From the human T2T-CHM13v2.0 reference genome, Homo sapiens: a stretch of 64,000 nucleotides of DNA. The DNA lies in the NCBI RefSeq assembly GCF_009914755.1, contig NC_060935.1; one strand, 5' to 3'. Position numbers and translations under genes: made by a program. Of this stretch, positions 1 to 15,581 are shown piece by piece (position 1 is the stretch's first letter; each line of letters begins with the position of its first letter). Under the pieces are notes generated by a model that had not been told where the DNA came from, searched no databases, and worked only from the letters and a program-made list of their open reading frames with translations.

Positions 1-856
1 GTTTGGCTGGATATGAAATTCTGGGTTGAAAGTTCTTTTCTTTGAGAATGTTGAATATTGGCCCCCACTCTCTTCTGGCTTGTAGGGTTTCTGCCGAGAG
101 ATCCGCTGTTAGTCTGATGGGCTTCCCTTTGAGGGTAACCTGACCTTTCTCTGTGGCTGCCCTTAACATTTTTTCCTTCATTTCAACTTTGGTGAATCTG
201 ACAATTATGTGTCTTGGAGTTGCTCTTCTCGAGGAGTATCTTTGTGGCGTTCTCTGTATTTCCTGAATCTGAACGTTGGCCTGCCTTGCTAGATTGGGGA
301 AGTTCTCCTGGATAATATCCTGCAGAGTGTTTTCCAACTTGGTTCCATTCTCCCCATCACTTTCAGGTACACCAATCAGACGTAGATTTGGTCTTTTCAC
401 ATAGTCCCATATTTCTTGGAGGCTTTGCTCATTTCTTTTTATTCTTTTTTCTCTAAACTTCCCTTCTCACTTCATTTCACTCATTTCATCTTCCATTGCT
501 GATACCCTTTCTTCCAGTTGATCACGTCGGCTCCTGAGGCTTCTGCATTCTTCACGTAGTTCTCGAGCCTTGGTTTTCAGCTCCATCAGCTCCTTTAAGC
601 ACTTCTCTGTATTGGTTATTCTAGTTATACATTCTTCTAAATTTTTTTCAAAGTTTTCAACTTCTTTGCCTTTGGTTTGAATGTCCTCCCATAGCTCAGA
701 GTAATTGGATCGTCTGAAGCCTTCTTCTCTCAGCTCATCAAAGTCATTCTCCATCCAGCTTTGTTCCTTTGCTGGTGAGGAACTGCGTTCCTTTGGAGGA
801 GGAGAGGTGCTCTGTGTTTTAGAGTTTCCAGTTTTTCTGTTCTGTTTTTTCCCCAT
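1..856 (-). pseudogene. L1 ORF1p with premature stop at codon 130 (CGA>TGA, 467-469)
   Basis: ORF track 467..856 matches ORF1p residues 1-129. Homology continues past the stop (EGKFREKRIKRNEQSLQEIWDYVKRPNLRLIGVPE). Confidence 0.93.
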
Positions 857-1149
857 CTTTGTGGTTTTATCTACTTTTGGTCTTTGATGATGGTGATGTA
901 CAGATGGGTTTTTAGTGTGGATGTCCTTTCTGTTTGTTAGTTTTCCTTCTAACAGACAGGACCCTCAGCTGCAAGTCTGTTGGAATACCCTGCCGTGTGA
1001 GGTGTCAGTGTGTCCCTGCTGGGGGATGCCACCCAGTTAGGCTGCTCGGGGGTCAGGGGTCAGGGACCCACTTGAGGAGGCAGTCTGCCCGTTCTCAGAT
1101 CTCCAGCTGCGTGCTGGGAGAACCACTGCTCTCTTCAAAGCTGTCAGAC

Positions 1150-1762
1150 AGGGACATTTAAGTCTGCAGAGGTTACTGCTGTCTTTTTGTTTGTCTGTGC
1201 CCTGCCCCCAGAGGTGGAGCCTACAGAGGCAGGCAGGCCTCCTTGAGCTGTGGTGGCTTCCACCCAGTTCGAGCTTCCTGGCTGCTTTGTTTACCTAAGC
1301 AAGCCTGGGCAATGGTGGGCACCCCTCCCCCAGCCTCGCTGCCACCTTGCAGTTTGATCTCAGACTGCTGTGCTAGCAATCAGTGAGACTCCATGGGTGT
1401 AGGACCCTCCGAGCCAGGTGCGGGATATAATCTTGTGGTGCGCCGTTTTTTTAAGCTGGTCCGAAAAGCGCAATATTCGGGTGGGAGTGACCCGATTTTC
1501 CAGGTGCGTCCATCACCCCTTTCTTTGACTGGGAAAGGGAACTCCCTGACCTCTTGCGCTTCCCAAGTGAGGCAATGCCTCACCCTGCTTCGGCTCGCGC
1601 ACATTGCGCGCACCCACTGAACTGCGCCCACTGTCTGGCACTCCCTAGTGAGATGAACCCGGTACCTCAGATGGAAATGCAGAAATCACCGTCTTCTGCA
1701 TCGCTCACGCTGGGAGCTGTAGACCGGAGCTGTTCCTATTCGGCCATCTTGGCTCCTCCCCC
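1150..1762. promoter_or_regulatory. L1 5'UTR internal sense promoter (YY1 site intact) and antisense promoter pointing into the window
   Basis: CAAGATGGCCG on the minus strand at 1741-1751. Segment is CpG-rich. Bidirectional promoter is established for L1PA 5'UTRs; activity of this copy is unknown. Confidence 0.7.
1312..1620 (+). pseudogene. L1 antisense ORF0, disrupted (stop at codon 25, downstream in-frame ATG, +1 frameshift)
   Basis: ATG at 1312 reads MVGTPPPASLPPCSLISDCCASNQ then TGA at 1384-1386. ATG at 1393 resumes the ORF0 frame (GVGPSEPG..YNLVVRRF). Confidence 0.85.
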
Positions 1763-1767
1763 GCTCA

Positions 1768-1925
1768 ACACTTGTTATACTGTATCATTTAGGGAATAAT
1801 GACAAGGAAAAAAGTCTGTACATGTTTACTACAGATAATTATCCTTATTTTTTTTCCAAATATATTCAATCCATGATTGGTTGAATCCAGGGATGCAGAA
1901 TTCATGGATACTGAGGGACAACTAT
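1768..1925 (+). mobile_element. MER2 (TcMar-Tigger) 3' half, interrupted by the L1PA2
   Basis: GTTATACTGTAT..TTTAGGGAATAATGACAAG..AAAAAAGTCTGTACATG..GGTTGAATCC..GGATACTGAGGG matches the MER2 terminus. Confidence 0.8.
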
Positions 1926-1929
1926 TATC

Positions 1930-4815
1930 CTTATAAAATATGTCTAAAGACTTCTCCATAAAAAATGCCCACTCTCCAGGGAAAATGATTTTGCTAAAGA
2001 TTTATCCCAGTTTAGGGAGGGATTTCCTTCCATTCCAGGAACTTCCAGCCTTCCTTTTTCACCTGAGGCAGGAAGAAAGAAATATAGTAAACAGGAGTTA
2101 GAAATTAAAAAAAAAAATCCTGGAAACATTGTAGTCAGAGATAGAAGTAGGAGGCAAGTGGAAAATCTATTGTACTGGAGAAACGTTGTTAAGGTCAAAA
2201 CTCCAAGACACAGATTCACAAAAATACTGATATAAGGGTATAAGATTGCTACTACATACCAACAACAGTGTACTACAACAGTGGATATCATCTGAAAAAG
2301 CTGAGAAATACAGACTTTCCCACAAGACAGTGACTTAAGGAAGCCTGAAGTCAAGAGAAGAGACAAAACAAAGGCACTAGAGGAATTTGAAGCCTCTGGC
2401 ACTTACAGCTATAGCAAACATTAAACACAGCCCACCTCCTACCCAGGTTAACACAATCCCTTATCTGAAAGATCACTTTACTTCAGCTCCTGTTACTCAT
2501 TCCAACATGTATGGTTTTCAACAATGGCAAAAAATTTTAATGCATTCCAAAAGACAATTAAAAACACAGTCTTAAGAGACAAAGCCATCATCAGAACCAG
2601 ATATAGATAGGACACAGATTTTGGAAGACAGGCTATTTAAAATAATGATGTATTTAATATGTTAAGGGTTCTAACAGAAAAAGCAGACAGGATGCAGGAA
2701 GAGATTGGTAGTGAAAACAGAGTGAGGGAAACTCTAAAAAGAATCAAAAGGAAGTGCTTCAAACCAAAAACAGTGTAAACAAAATGAAGAATGCCATTGG
2801 TTGGTTGATCATAGTCTGGAAAATGGTTAAGGAAAGAATCAGTAACTTGAAGATAGGGCAAATAGAAATACCCCTAACTGTGAAGCCAAGAGAAATAGAA
2901 TGAATAAAACAGAGCAGAATATCAAGAACAATGGGGCAATCCAAAAGATATAGCATGATCATAATTGAAATATCAGAAGGAGGAAAAAGGGAAGATGAAG
3001 GACAAAAAATATTTGGAGTTATAATGCCTGAGAACTTTCCAAAATGACTAATAGATACCAAACTAAAGATTCTAGAAGTTCAGAGAGCACCAAACAGGAT
3101 AAATACCAAAGAAAGTCATACCTGGACATATCATATTCAAACTACAGAAAACCAAGTTAAAAGGAGGAAATCTTGATGATGTCATAATGTTGGTGGTGAA
3201 CCTTATCTATGAAAAACATGGATTTCTTATCAGAAATCATGAAGAAGAATAGACTGGAGTGAAATATTTAAAGTGTTGAAAGAAAAAGTCCACCAACCTA
3301 AAATTCTGTATCTCCTGAAATTATCCTCCAAAATGGAAGTGAAATAAAGACTTTTCCTTGACAAACAAATTCTGAGGGAATTCATCCCTAGCAGACAACC
3401 CTGAAAGATAGGTTAAAATAAGTTATTCATGGAGAAGAAAAATGATATGGATCTAGGAAAAGGAAGCATGACAGAGAAAGAATAAATAATGGCAAAACAA
3501 AACATTTCACTTATTCTTAACAGCTCTAAAGAAAACTGTTGAAAGTAATCATAGTAATGTTGTATTGTGTGCTAAAGCATGTGAGTAAGTGAAATGAGTG
3601 GCAGCAATGTCACAAGGGATGGGAGAGAGGAACTATGCTACAAGTAAAGTGGTATAATGTTAGTTGAAGGTGAATTTGATGAATGAAAAATTCATATTGT
3701 AAACTGTAAGGAAATTATTCAGAAATTTTCACAAAGAATTATAATTCATACACACATACTAATTAAACATTCAACTAAATGTTCAATCAAACCAAACTAA
3801 ATTGGATAAGAGAGGGAAAAAAAAGAACAAAATGCAACCAGTAGAAAATAGTTGCAAACATGGTAAATATTAATTCAAATATATCAACAATCGCTTGCAG
3901 TATAGATGGTCTAAAGGCAGATTTTAAACATGGATATAAGAAAAGACCAAGTATATATTATTTAAAAGAAAGCTACTTAAGATATAACGATTCAGATGGT
4001 TAAAAAAAAAGAGATGGAGAAAGCTATATCATTCTAATACTAATCAAAAGAAAGTTGGAGTAGCTATATAAATTTCAGACAAAGCCTATTTCAGAAAAAG
4101 AAAGATTATCAGGGAAAGAGAGAGGCATTATAATAATAAGCGGTCAATTTTACAAGAAGACATAATAATCCTAGCTGTTTGCACCTAACAATGCATCATC
4201 AAAATACGTGGGGGTAAAAACTGTAGACTAAAAGAAGAAATAGACAAACCCACTAGTATAGTTGGAGATTTCAGCACCCCATTATCAATGATTGATAGAT
4301 CAGGCAAGCAGAAAGTCAGGAAGCATATAGAGACATACAGCATCAGTCAACTTGCTTCAGTTGGCATCTGTAAAATACTCCACTCAACAACAGTAGAATA
4401 CACATACTTCTGAAGCTTGTGTAGGACATTCACAAAGATAGAGTACATTCTGGGCTATAAATACACCTTAGTAAATTTTTAAAAATGGAAATAATCTCAG
4501 TCCACATTAAAGTTATACCAGAAACCAAAACAGAAGATACTTGAAGAATGCACAAATCCTTGGAGGTTAAACAGAACACTTCTAAACACCTGTGTCAAAT
4601 AAGATGTCTCAAATGAAATTAAAAATAAATGTAAAAGAAAATACAACTTAAATTTTGTGGATATTGAGAAATCAAGTTCTTACAGAAAAAGTTATAGCTT
4701 TAAATGCATGTTAGAAAAAGAAATCTAAACTCAATAACCTAAGCTTTCACCTTAGGAGACCAAAGAAAGTAATACAAATTAATCATAAAGTAAACATAAG
4801 AAAACAAAACAAAAT
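1930..4815 (+). mobile_element. Ancient L1M (L1MC/L1MD-class): 5' region, ORF1 and ORF2 endonuclease remnant
   Basis: A-rich degenerate ORF1 (CCTGGACATATCATATTCAAACT, AAATATTTAAAGTGTTGAAAGAAAA) and endonuclease motifs (AATCAAAAGAAAGTTGGAGTAGCTATA, GTTGGAGATTTCAGCACCCC). 5' part resembles the reverse complement of 36290-37500. Confidence 0.8.
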
Positions 4816-5299
4816 AAACATTTGGGAGAAAGCATGATATCAATAAGCAGTTGTCCCAAGTGACTGCCTTGATAGAAACTGGAATTGTCACAGTAGATAT
4901 GAAGCAGCTCTTTGCCATGAAAAAACATTTGAACTATTGTAGGTGTTATTTTTAGTATTAGTTTAAGCATTTTTCTATTATTGGTGCCTTTGCACAAATT
5001 GAAAAAAAACTCTATGTATCTTTTGCTTATCCTTAGAGCCTGTGAGATAATATATACAAGACATCTTTTCCTTGTGATTTTTCTTCCATTCAGATTTAAC
5101 ATTACCTTCACACTTTCTATGACTCATAAAATAGTAGAGGACACAGAACTACAAATGAATGATGATGGGGTCATTAGGACATGAAGAATTAATGACTAAT
5201 CCTGACAGGAGGAATTGGGGAGTGTTTTTCCAAAAAGGCACAGTGTGTGTTATGTCCTGAATCACCATTCAGGCACTTTATAATATCACTGTAACACTG

Positions 5300-5480
5300 A
5301 GTATGGTGGAGGGAAGGATAGAGCACATGTAGTTTGTAAAGATGAAGTTAGACTGTAGTAGGTTAGATTAATGTTGTGAAAGACTTTGTATATATCATAG
5401 TAAGGAGCTTGGAATTAATCCTACAGGTAATGGGAGTGTTAATGAAAGCAAAGTTGAATAAATAAACTTTGAAAAGAGAG
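5300..5480 (-). mobile_element. L2 fragment
   Basis: GTAAGGAGCTTGGAATTAATCCTACAGGTAATGGGAG is L2-like. Confidence 0.5.
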
Positions 5481-6399
5481 CCAGAGTTGGACCATAGAAA
5501 CAACTGGAATTAGGGTCATCATCTTTGATACTTTCTCTTGTTTTCTTGGGTTCTAGTCTCTCGCATAACAAACTAGTAAGCTCCACAAGTTGACGAATTT
5601 GTTGGCTGATGGCTCTATGTTAGAGCTGCAATAATGTTCTTTCTCAGTTCCAGCTAGGAGAATGCAGAAGAGGAATCTTATTGGCTTCCCAGAGATCACC
5701 CCTTTGTCATCAATGTAGCCGGGGAGATGGGATAATATAATAACGTGGTGGCCCAACCACTACCATATGGCTGACAAATGAGTGAGAAGTAGTTTCACCC
5801 AAAGAAGATTCAGCAGAAGGCAGGGAACTGGGTGGAAAAACAACAGGAGTCAATGGAAGAGATTATGCAGAATTTTATACTTTATAATTATTTGGAATTT
5901 GGAAGATTGGTGGAAAACAATAAAAATCACATTACAATCTCAAAATTAAAAAAAAATAGGGAACTCATGAAAATCTCAATGCCTGTTACATCTAAAGTCT
6001 TTTCTTTGCACTAAGTAGCTAAGGATAGTTACTTAGACATAGATTCTCAGTTGTCTTGTTTATGTTCCTGTTAACCTGGCCAGGATATACTGGACTGAGA
6101 AATATGAATTCTAAGCATCAGCAATTACTTACAGGCTAGAAATAGGGAATCCAGACTCTCTAAGATGTAGTCTATTTATAGAGAAAAACCTTGTTGGATG
6201 ATAACTAAGTAACCAGTCAGATATTAGGAGTTCTGAATGTGAGACCAATAAACACAGAGGTAGTAAAAGATGAAGTGATATGCTTAAAATGGAGTGAGAA
6301 GTAGAGAGATGAGAAACGCTGAGTTAGAATGTGTTACTGACATATTAGAGTATGACACCTGTTTCTGAGAGATTTTCAAGATGATCAAATTGCCTAAGT

Positions 6400-6790
6400 G
6401 ACTTGTTGCAGGTTGCATTCCATGGGAAGCAGACTCTGAAACAGAGATTAGGGTGCAGGACATTTATTATGGAGTCCTCTTCAGAATGTGGGTAGAAAGG
6501 GTGGGAAGCAGGATAGGGCAGAGGGAGAAGTTGAGCTATGATGGAATTCCGAGGAAGTCATCAGATAACCCCATGAAGAGATCTAAAACTGGGATAGCCT
6601 CGCAGTTTTCCTGACTTGGGACAAGAGGGTCAGACTTGACACCCACATGATGATTAATCATTGGATCAGGGCTGCCTGATCCATCCATCTGAAAGCTGTA
6701 GGCCAACTTCCAGCAGCGCTCCCAGGAGCCAGGGGAATGTCCTCCTTCCTTAAGGAGAATCTGGGTGACGTACCACCTAGGGGTGTAAAA
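6400..6790 (-). mobile_element. ERVL LTR, LTR16A-like
   Basis: GGGAAGCAGACTCTGAAACAGAGATTAGGGTGCAGGACATTTATT...GAAGCAGGATAGGGCAGAGGGAGAAGTTGAGCT matches the LTR16 family in antisense. Confidence 0.7.
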
Positions 6791-6814
6791 CATTGTCTAC
6801 ATCATAAAGTGGTC

Positions 6815-6910
6815 AGTAAGATTGAGTCAATGTGTAAATAGCACTTGAAACAGCATCTGACACATAGTAAACATTGTATAACTATTGCTGCTATTTTTCT
6901 TATTAATAAT
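6815..6910 (+). mobile_element. MIR 3' fragment
   Basis: GTAAATAGCACTTGAAACAGCATCTGACACATAGTAAAC. Confidence 0.6.
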
Positions 6911-7789
6911 TGAATAGAGAACATTAATAAGGCACTGACAGGTTGGTTTTGACATGTTTATGTTAGTGGTTTCATCAAATGTTTTTCCTAATAGCATCCA
7001 AAAAGAGTAATATTTAACAAATTGAAATGTTTCCTTCATTTAATGTGGTAAAATAATACACAGAAGAAAAATATAAGTGTTACCCTAATCTGTTTGAATA
7101 TCTCTTGATTCAGGTTTGAATCACAGAGTTGATCTCAGCTGCTCCAAGTTCTCCTGTCCAGGTCAACTATCCTGAACTAGGTAAGCTCTTATAGGTTCCA
7201 TTGTTGTAGTCTAAGAGGCTTGGCGGCATATAGCTTAATATTGATTCACAGTTGGATTCCTTTCAATTTTGGCTTCCCTTTACCTGGATCATGGTTATGA
7301 ACTTGGTCAGGCTCCAGATGCTATTCTGAAACATAATGGGAGGGTCATGCAGGAGGAGAGAGGCAGCGTGTGTTGGGTATGCATGAATAATTCGCACCAT
7401 CATATTTTACAACTCTAGAATCCAAGGCAGAAGCACAGGCCAGATGGTCTGAGTTCAGGCTCCTGTTTTTTTTTTCATCTTGGACGGCATTCCAACCAGA
7501 CCTAACAATGCTCAGAGTCATGTAGAGATGTACTTGCTTAGTTCCCTGGAAGATTTTTCAAATAATATGTCTTATTCTTAGAAATATCCCTTTGTGTCAT
7601 GCAATTATATGTAAATTATAGAATCATAGCATCTATCTGTATATATACACCCTTTTCTATATGGTGTAAACAATAGTGGATGGCAATAGGCAAAAAGGCA
7701 GAAGAGTTGCTGACTCTTTATAAAAGTCCTCTTCATTTTCAACTTTTCAAGTTATTTGGCTATGAAAAATACTTTTATGAGTGACTATC

Positions 7790-7948
7790 AGTGCTGGCTG
7801 GACATAGGGCTCACCCATGGAGTTCTTAAATAGGAAAGACTGTACTGTGCATACTGAATAAATATCTCTTAAGATAGGGTTTGGCATCTCTATTGTAAAA
7901 TTGTTCCACAGTTGATTCTGATGCAAGCCAGGGTTTAGAACACTGATT
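7790..7948. mobile_element. MER5-like hAT-Charlie MITE
   Basis: Terminus CAGTTGATTCTGATGCAAGCCAGGGTTTAGAACACTG. Confidence 0.55.
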
Positions 7949-7979
7949 TAAACTTATTCATTACGATCTGCTCCTTTAA

Positions 7980-8150
7980 GGAATATTGATGAATACTATT
8001 TTGTGTCAGGTACTTGTTAAAGACTTTCTCTGCAACATTCCATTATTATAATCCACCCAATGACCCTATGAGTTCTATCTCATTATTTCCGTTTTATGAG
8101 GAGATCAGTGGGATTAAATAACTTGCCTAAGTTTTCTCTGTCTGACTCCA
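7980..8150 (-). mobile_element. MIR
   Basis: TGTGTCAGGTACT...ACCCTATGAG...CATTATTTCCGTTTTA...TTAAATAACTTGCCTAAG. Confidence 0.6.
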
Positions 8151-10124
8151 AAGCCTACGTTCACATGACAAATTCATGGAGTTAAGGGTGCTTAGAATTC
8201 AAGAGAATAGTCTAAGGCTCTCTACTGAATTGTTAGGATTATCCACACCCTTTTGCTGATGCTCAAACTACTAATCATCATAGCTCATAAGAGAGCTGTT
8301 TAATGTGTGTAACTTCTTACTATTCTCATGACAAATGTAGTATAGTAAAAATGCACAAGAAAGGAGAAAAATAGTCTTTACTCTATTAATTTTTACTATC
8401 ACATTTTAAGTCTGAAGCTGGAGAAATAATATATTATTACCAGGCACATTAAATAGCCCAGCTAGCAGATCAATAACAAAGTGCAAAAACCACAAAGTCC
8501 CCTCTTATCTCTTTTAGACATATATCAAATTTATCACTGTCTCTGGATGTTGTTCTTCTTGGCTTCTACTAAATTAGTTTCCTCTTAGTCCTGTACTCTG
8601 GATCCACCTCCCACTCTGTTAGAGTTGGCTTTTTGGCTGTGCTACCACCATGCCCCAGTTTGATATCAGAGGGCTGATAATCCTAACTGCTTGATCAAAA
8701 AAAGTCTCATGTGGATCTTCTATGTTAGGTTTTGTTTTTCACCCTCCATGTCATGGCAATGCTTTTTAATTTCAGTATATGGGCTCAGGACACACAAGTA
8801 TTAATAATTTAAGCAACTGCAATATGTTAAACTACTAGAATATTCTTATAGGTCATTAGATTTTTTTTCTGCTTATTTCCTCAGTTATTTTAGATGATTA
8901 GTTATTGGATTTGGCATAGTTCTAGTGAGGAAAACTGGAAGGACCCTAAAGTTAAGTTCTTTATTTTTATTAGCCAGGACTGTTTTTTAGCTTGTAATCA
9001 TTTACCTAAAAAAAGGAGAATCTGTGATAAAATGCTATGATTTCTCTAGGATTGCCCTTAATCAGAATAAAGAGCAGTGTTAATTCACCACACAGACAAC
9101 TGTTATCTACTTGAGCAGTGCTTCTAACCTGTTTACTGATTGAATGTGTGTGTATGCGCAATGCTTTATATTAAAGCTTCGAGTTAGAGATATTTATGTG
9201 AAGCTCTAGTCACATGCTTAAGGCTTCCATTGAATGTTTTGCATTTCAGCTGATTCAACACAGCTGCATTAAATAAAGCAAATGTGACCTGCAGGGATGA
9301 AAATAGAGCCTGATTGACTAAAATTGAGTGGCATGGTTACTTCGGTTCATCAGTTATTGAGATGAACCAGACTGGCGGGAGCTAGTAGTAAAATATTCAT
9401 GCTATTTAGAGAGGACAGAGGCATAAACTGTTCTCGAGGGTGGCAAATGGCTTATAGTCCTTATGGTTATACTAAGGAAATAACATAGTCTCCAAAAGCT
9501 CACTTAAACATTTTCCTATGCAGCAAGACCACAGCTGTTAATCTGAATGCAAAAAAAGCATTCTGGGAGTTTACCATTTCCTTATATGTCAGCATTAGTT
9601 CAGTAAGATAGTATCTTAACTTATATGAATCACGTACTGTATTTCATAGCATCTGTCCATGTCCTCTGAACACATATTTATCTTGTTGAGTTACTGAATA
9701 GAATTTATTTTCTCATTTATAAATACATCAATGTACTTAATATGCTTACCTATCTTTGCATGCTCTTTCCTCTGTCGGCAACTGCCTTTCTTTTAATTAC
9801 CCATTCTTTATTCTTCGAAATGTCCCATTCTTTATAAAGCTCTCCCTAGAGTATCACTGAGGCAGACTTGAGAGCCATTGGGGCTTATTTTAACAAAAGA
9901 GTTTCATACATGTCGATACATCCTTTGAAAATTACTAATAATTATACATTTATCAATTATTCTGTTATTTTCTTTGGATTACAATCACTGAGTTCAAAAT
10001 CTCTTTTTGAAATTTTGTGTGCTGGGAGTGCTTTGACTGGCTATCAAGGATGGAAAGTCTAGAATTTAGTGAATTGAATAAAAGATCAATAATGTGACCT
10101 GGTGGTAAACACACACATTAGGAA

Positions 10125-10505
10125 AGGGGCATAGGATTTTAGACTCAGCTCTATTAATACCTGCTGTGTGACCTTGGTCTACTAACTTAATCTTTCTGGC
10201 CTCTTTAAGTGTAAAATGAAGTATTTACTTGAACTGGACTGGTGATTTTAAAAAACATTTCTTAACAGAGAAATGCATTCTTAAATTAAGTGGGAAAAGT
10301 GATCAACAGATAAAAGAAATGCTGTATTGGCTAAGGTAAGGTGATGAGGACCCCTGAGTCCAGCTTACTTTGTTTCCATCCCCTGAAGCAGCCCTGAGAC
10401 ACATTTATACACTCTCATAGAATCTGTAGAAGCCAATACTAAAACAAAAGAAAAGAAAAAATAAGTATCTCTAAGGTTCCTTCCAGAACTAATTTTCCAA
10501 GGATC
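10125..10505 (+). mobile_element. MIR3-like, split by an unidentified insert
   Basis: GCTGTGTGACCTTGG..TGTAAAATG and ATCTCTAAGGTTCCTTCCAG. Confidence 0.45.
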
Positions 10506-11125
10506 TTTTACAATCTGAAGGTGTGCATTCATTGAAATAAACCCTCTAGCCTGTGTACCAAAGCCAAAGCATCCAGTTGTCTATGTTTCAAACCCTCCCC
10601 GCTCCCCAGGATACATTGACTGCTTACTGCCTTGTGTTGTTTGTTCAGTGGTACAGATCTATACCCACACAAATGAGAGGACAGGGCCCTTTGTGAAGCA
10701 CAGCCACCTGAGAGTATAAAGCATGCTTGCAGTTCACTGGCTCAAATGATTGGATGCAGATATGTTTAGGATGGAAGATACCATAGATGATGGTCTTTAC
10801 TTGCTATAAGACTGAATGGAAAAAATCTTTATCTTCCTCTCAGTGCTAGAGCAAAGCTCTTTTCCTCTCCTTATTTACCTCTTCCCCCTAGCCCCCACCT
10901 GAGTTAAGGAACACTGGAGTGGTTAGTTTTCTTTTCACTGGCATTTGTTTTCTAATTTACATAACTGAATTCTTGGCTGAACTTTCAGCTCTCAAATATG
11001 ATTTGAATCTGTTTCCTTTTAAACAAACCACAAATAAAGAACAACAGACAATTTATAAAGAGCGCTACTGAGAGGTAAGGGCGATGCATTTCAATTAAAA
11101 ACAACAGCAAATAAACAATAAAAGG

Positions 11126-11164
11126 TACCCTAGAACTTGAAGTATAATAATAAAAAAATTTAAA
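11126..11164 (+). mobile_element. Ultra-short L1PA 3' terminus with A-tail
   Basis: TACCCTAGAACTTGAAGTATAATAA plus A-rich tail, flanked by AAAAGG at 11120-11125 and 11165-11170. Confidence 0.7.
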
Positions 11165-11660
11165 AAAAGGAGCCCAGTGAAGCCTTATCAGAGCTAAAGG
11201 AAGAAAATATCAGCTTCCAATGTTAAGACTCAAATGATTGCCAGGTAAAATTTCAATGTGGGGTTCATATATTGAGATTTCTGGAAGTTCGTGATGCAAA
11301 GATATTTTGGGATGTAAATTATTTGGAATTCATAAAATAAAATTATTCAATTTTCTTAAGCCTCTTTTGATGAGTTATTGTAGGATCTTATAAAACTAAT
11401 CGGATAGAAAATGCCAAAACATCTTAAAATCGTATATATCTGAATTCTTTTTTTAAAAATTATACTTTAAGTTCTGGGTTACATGTGCAGAATGTGCAGT
11501 TTTGTTACATAGGTATACACGTGCCTTGGTGGTTTGCTGTACCTATCAACCCGTCACCTACATTAGGTGTTTCTTCTAATGTTATCCCTCACCTACCCAC
11601 CCACCCCCACAGGCCACAGTGTGTGATGATCCTGTCCCTCTGTCCATGTGTTCTCATTGT

Positions 11661-15519
<3,859 letters not shown>

Positions 15520-15581
15520 TATGATGCTAGCTGTTTATTTCATCATTAATTGATGCAGTTTCTTCACAGTGTCGATGGTCT

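Larger units (their letters stand above)
1..1762 (-). mobile_element. Young LINE-1 (L1PA2-like): 5'UTR plus most of ORF1; continues beyond the left window edge
   Basis: Minus strand begins GGGGGAGGAGCCAAGATGGCCGAATAGGAACAGCTCCGG at 1762. The ~906-nt 5'UTR lacks the 129-bp ZNF93-site segment. ORF1 MGKKQNRKTGNSKTQS is nearly identical to L1HS/L1PA2. Confidence 0.95.

Noticed and set aside
1944-2402. 152-aa hydrophobic ORF resembling a membrane protein
   Set aside because: Antisense reading of A-rich L1M sequence yields Leu/Phe/Ser-rich artefacts.
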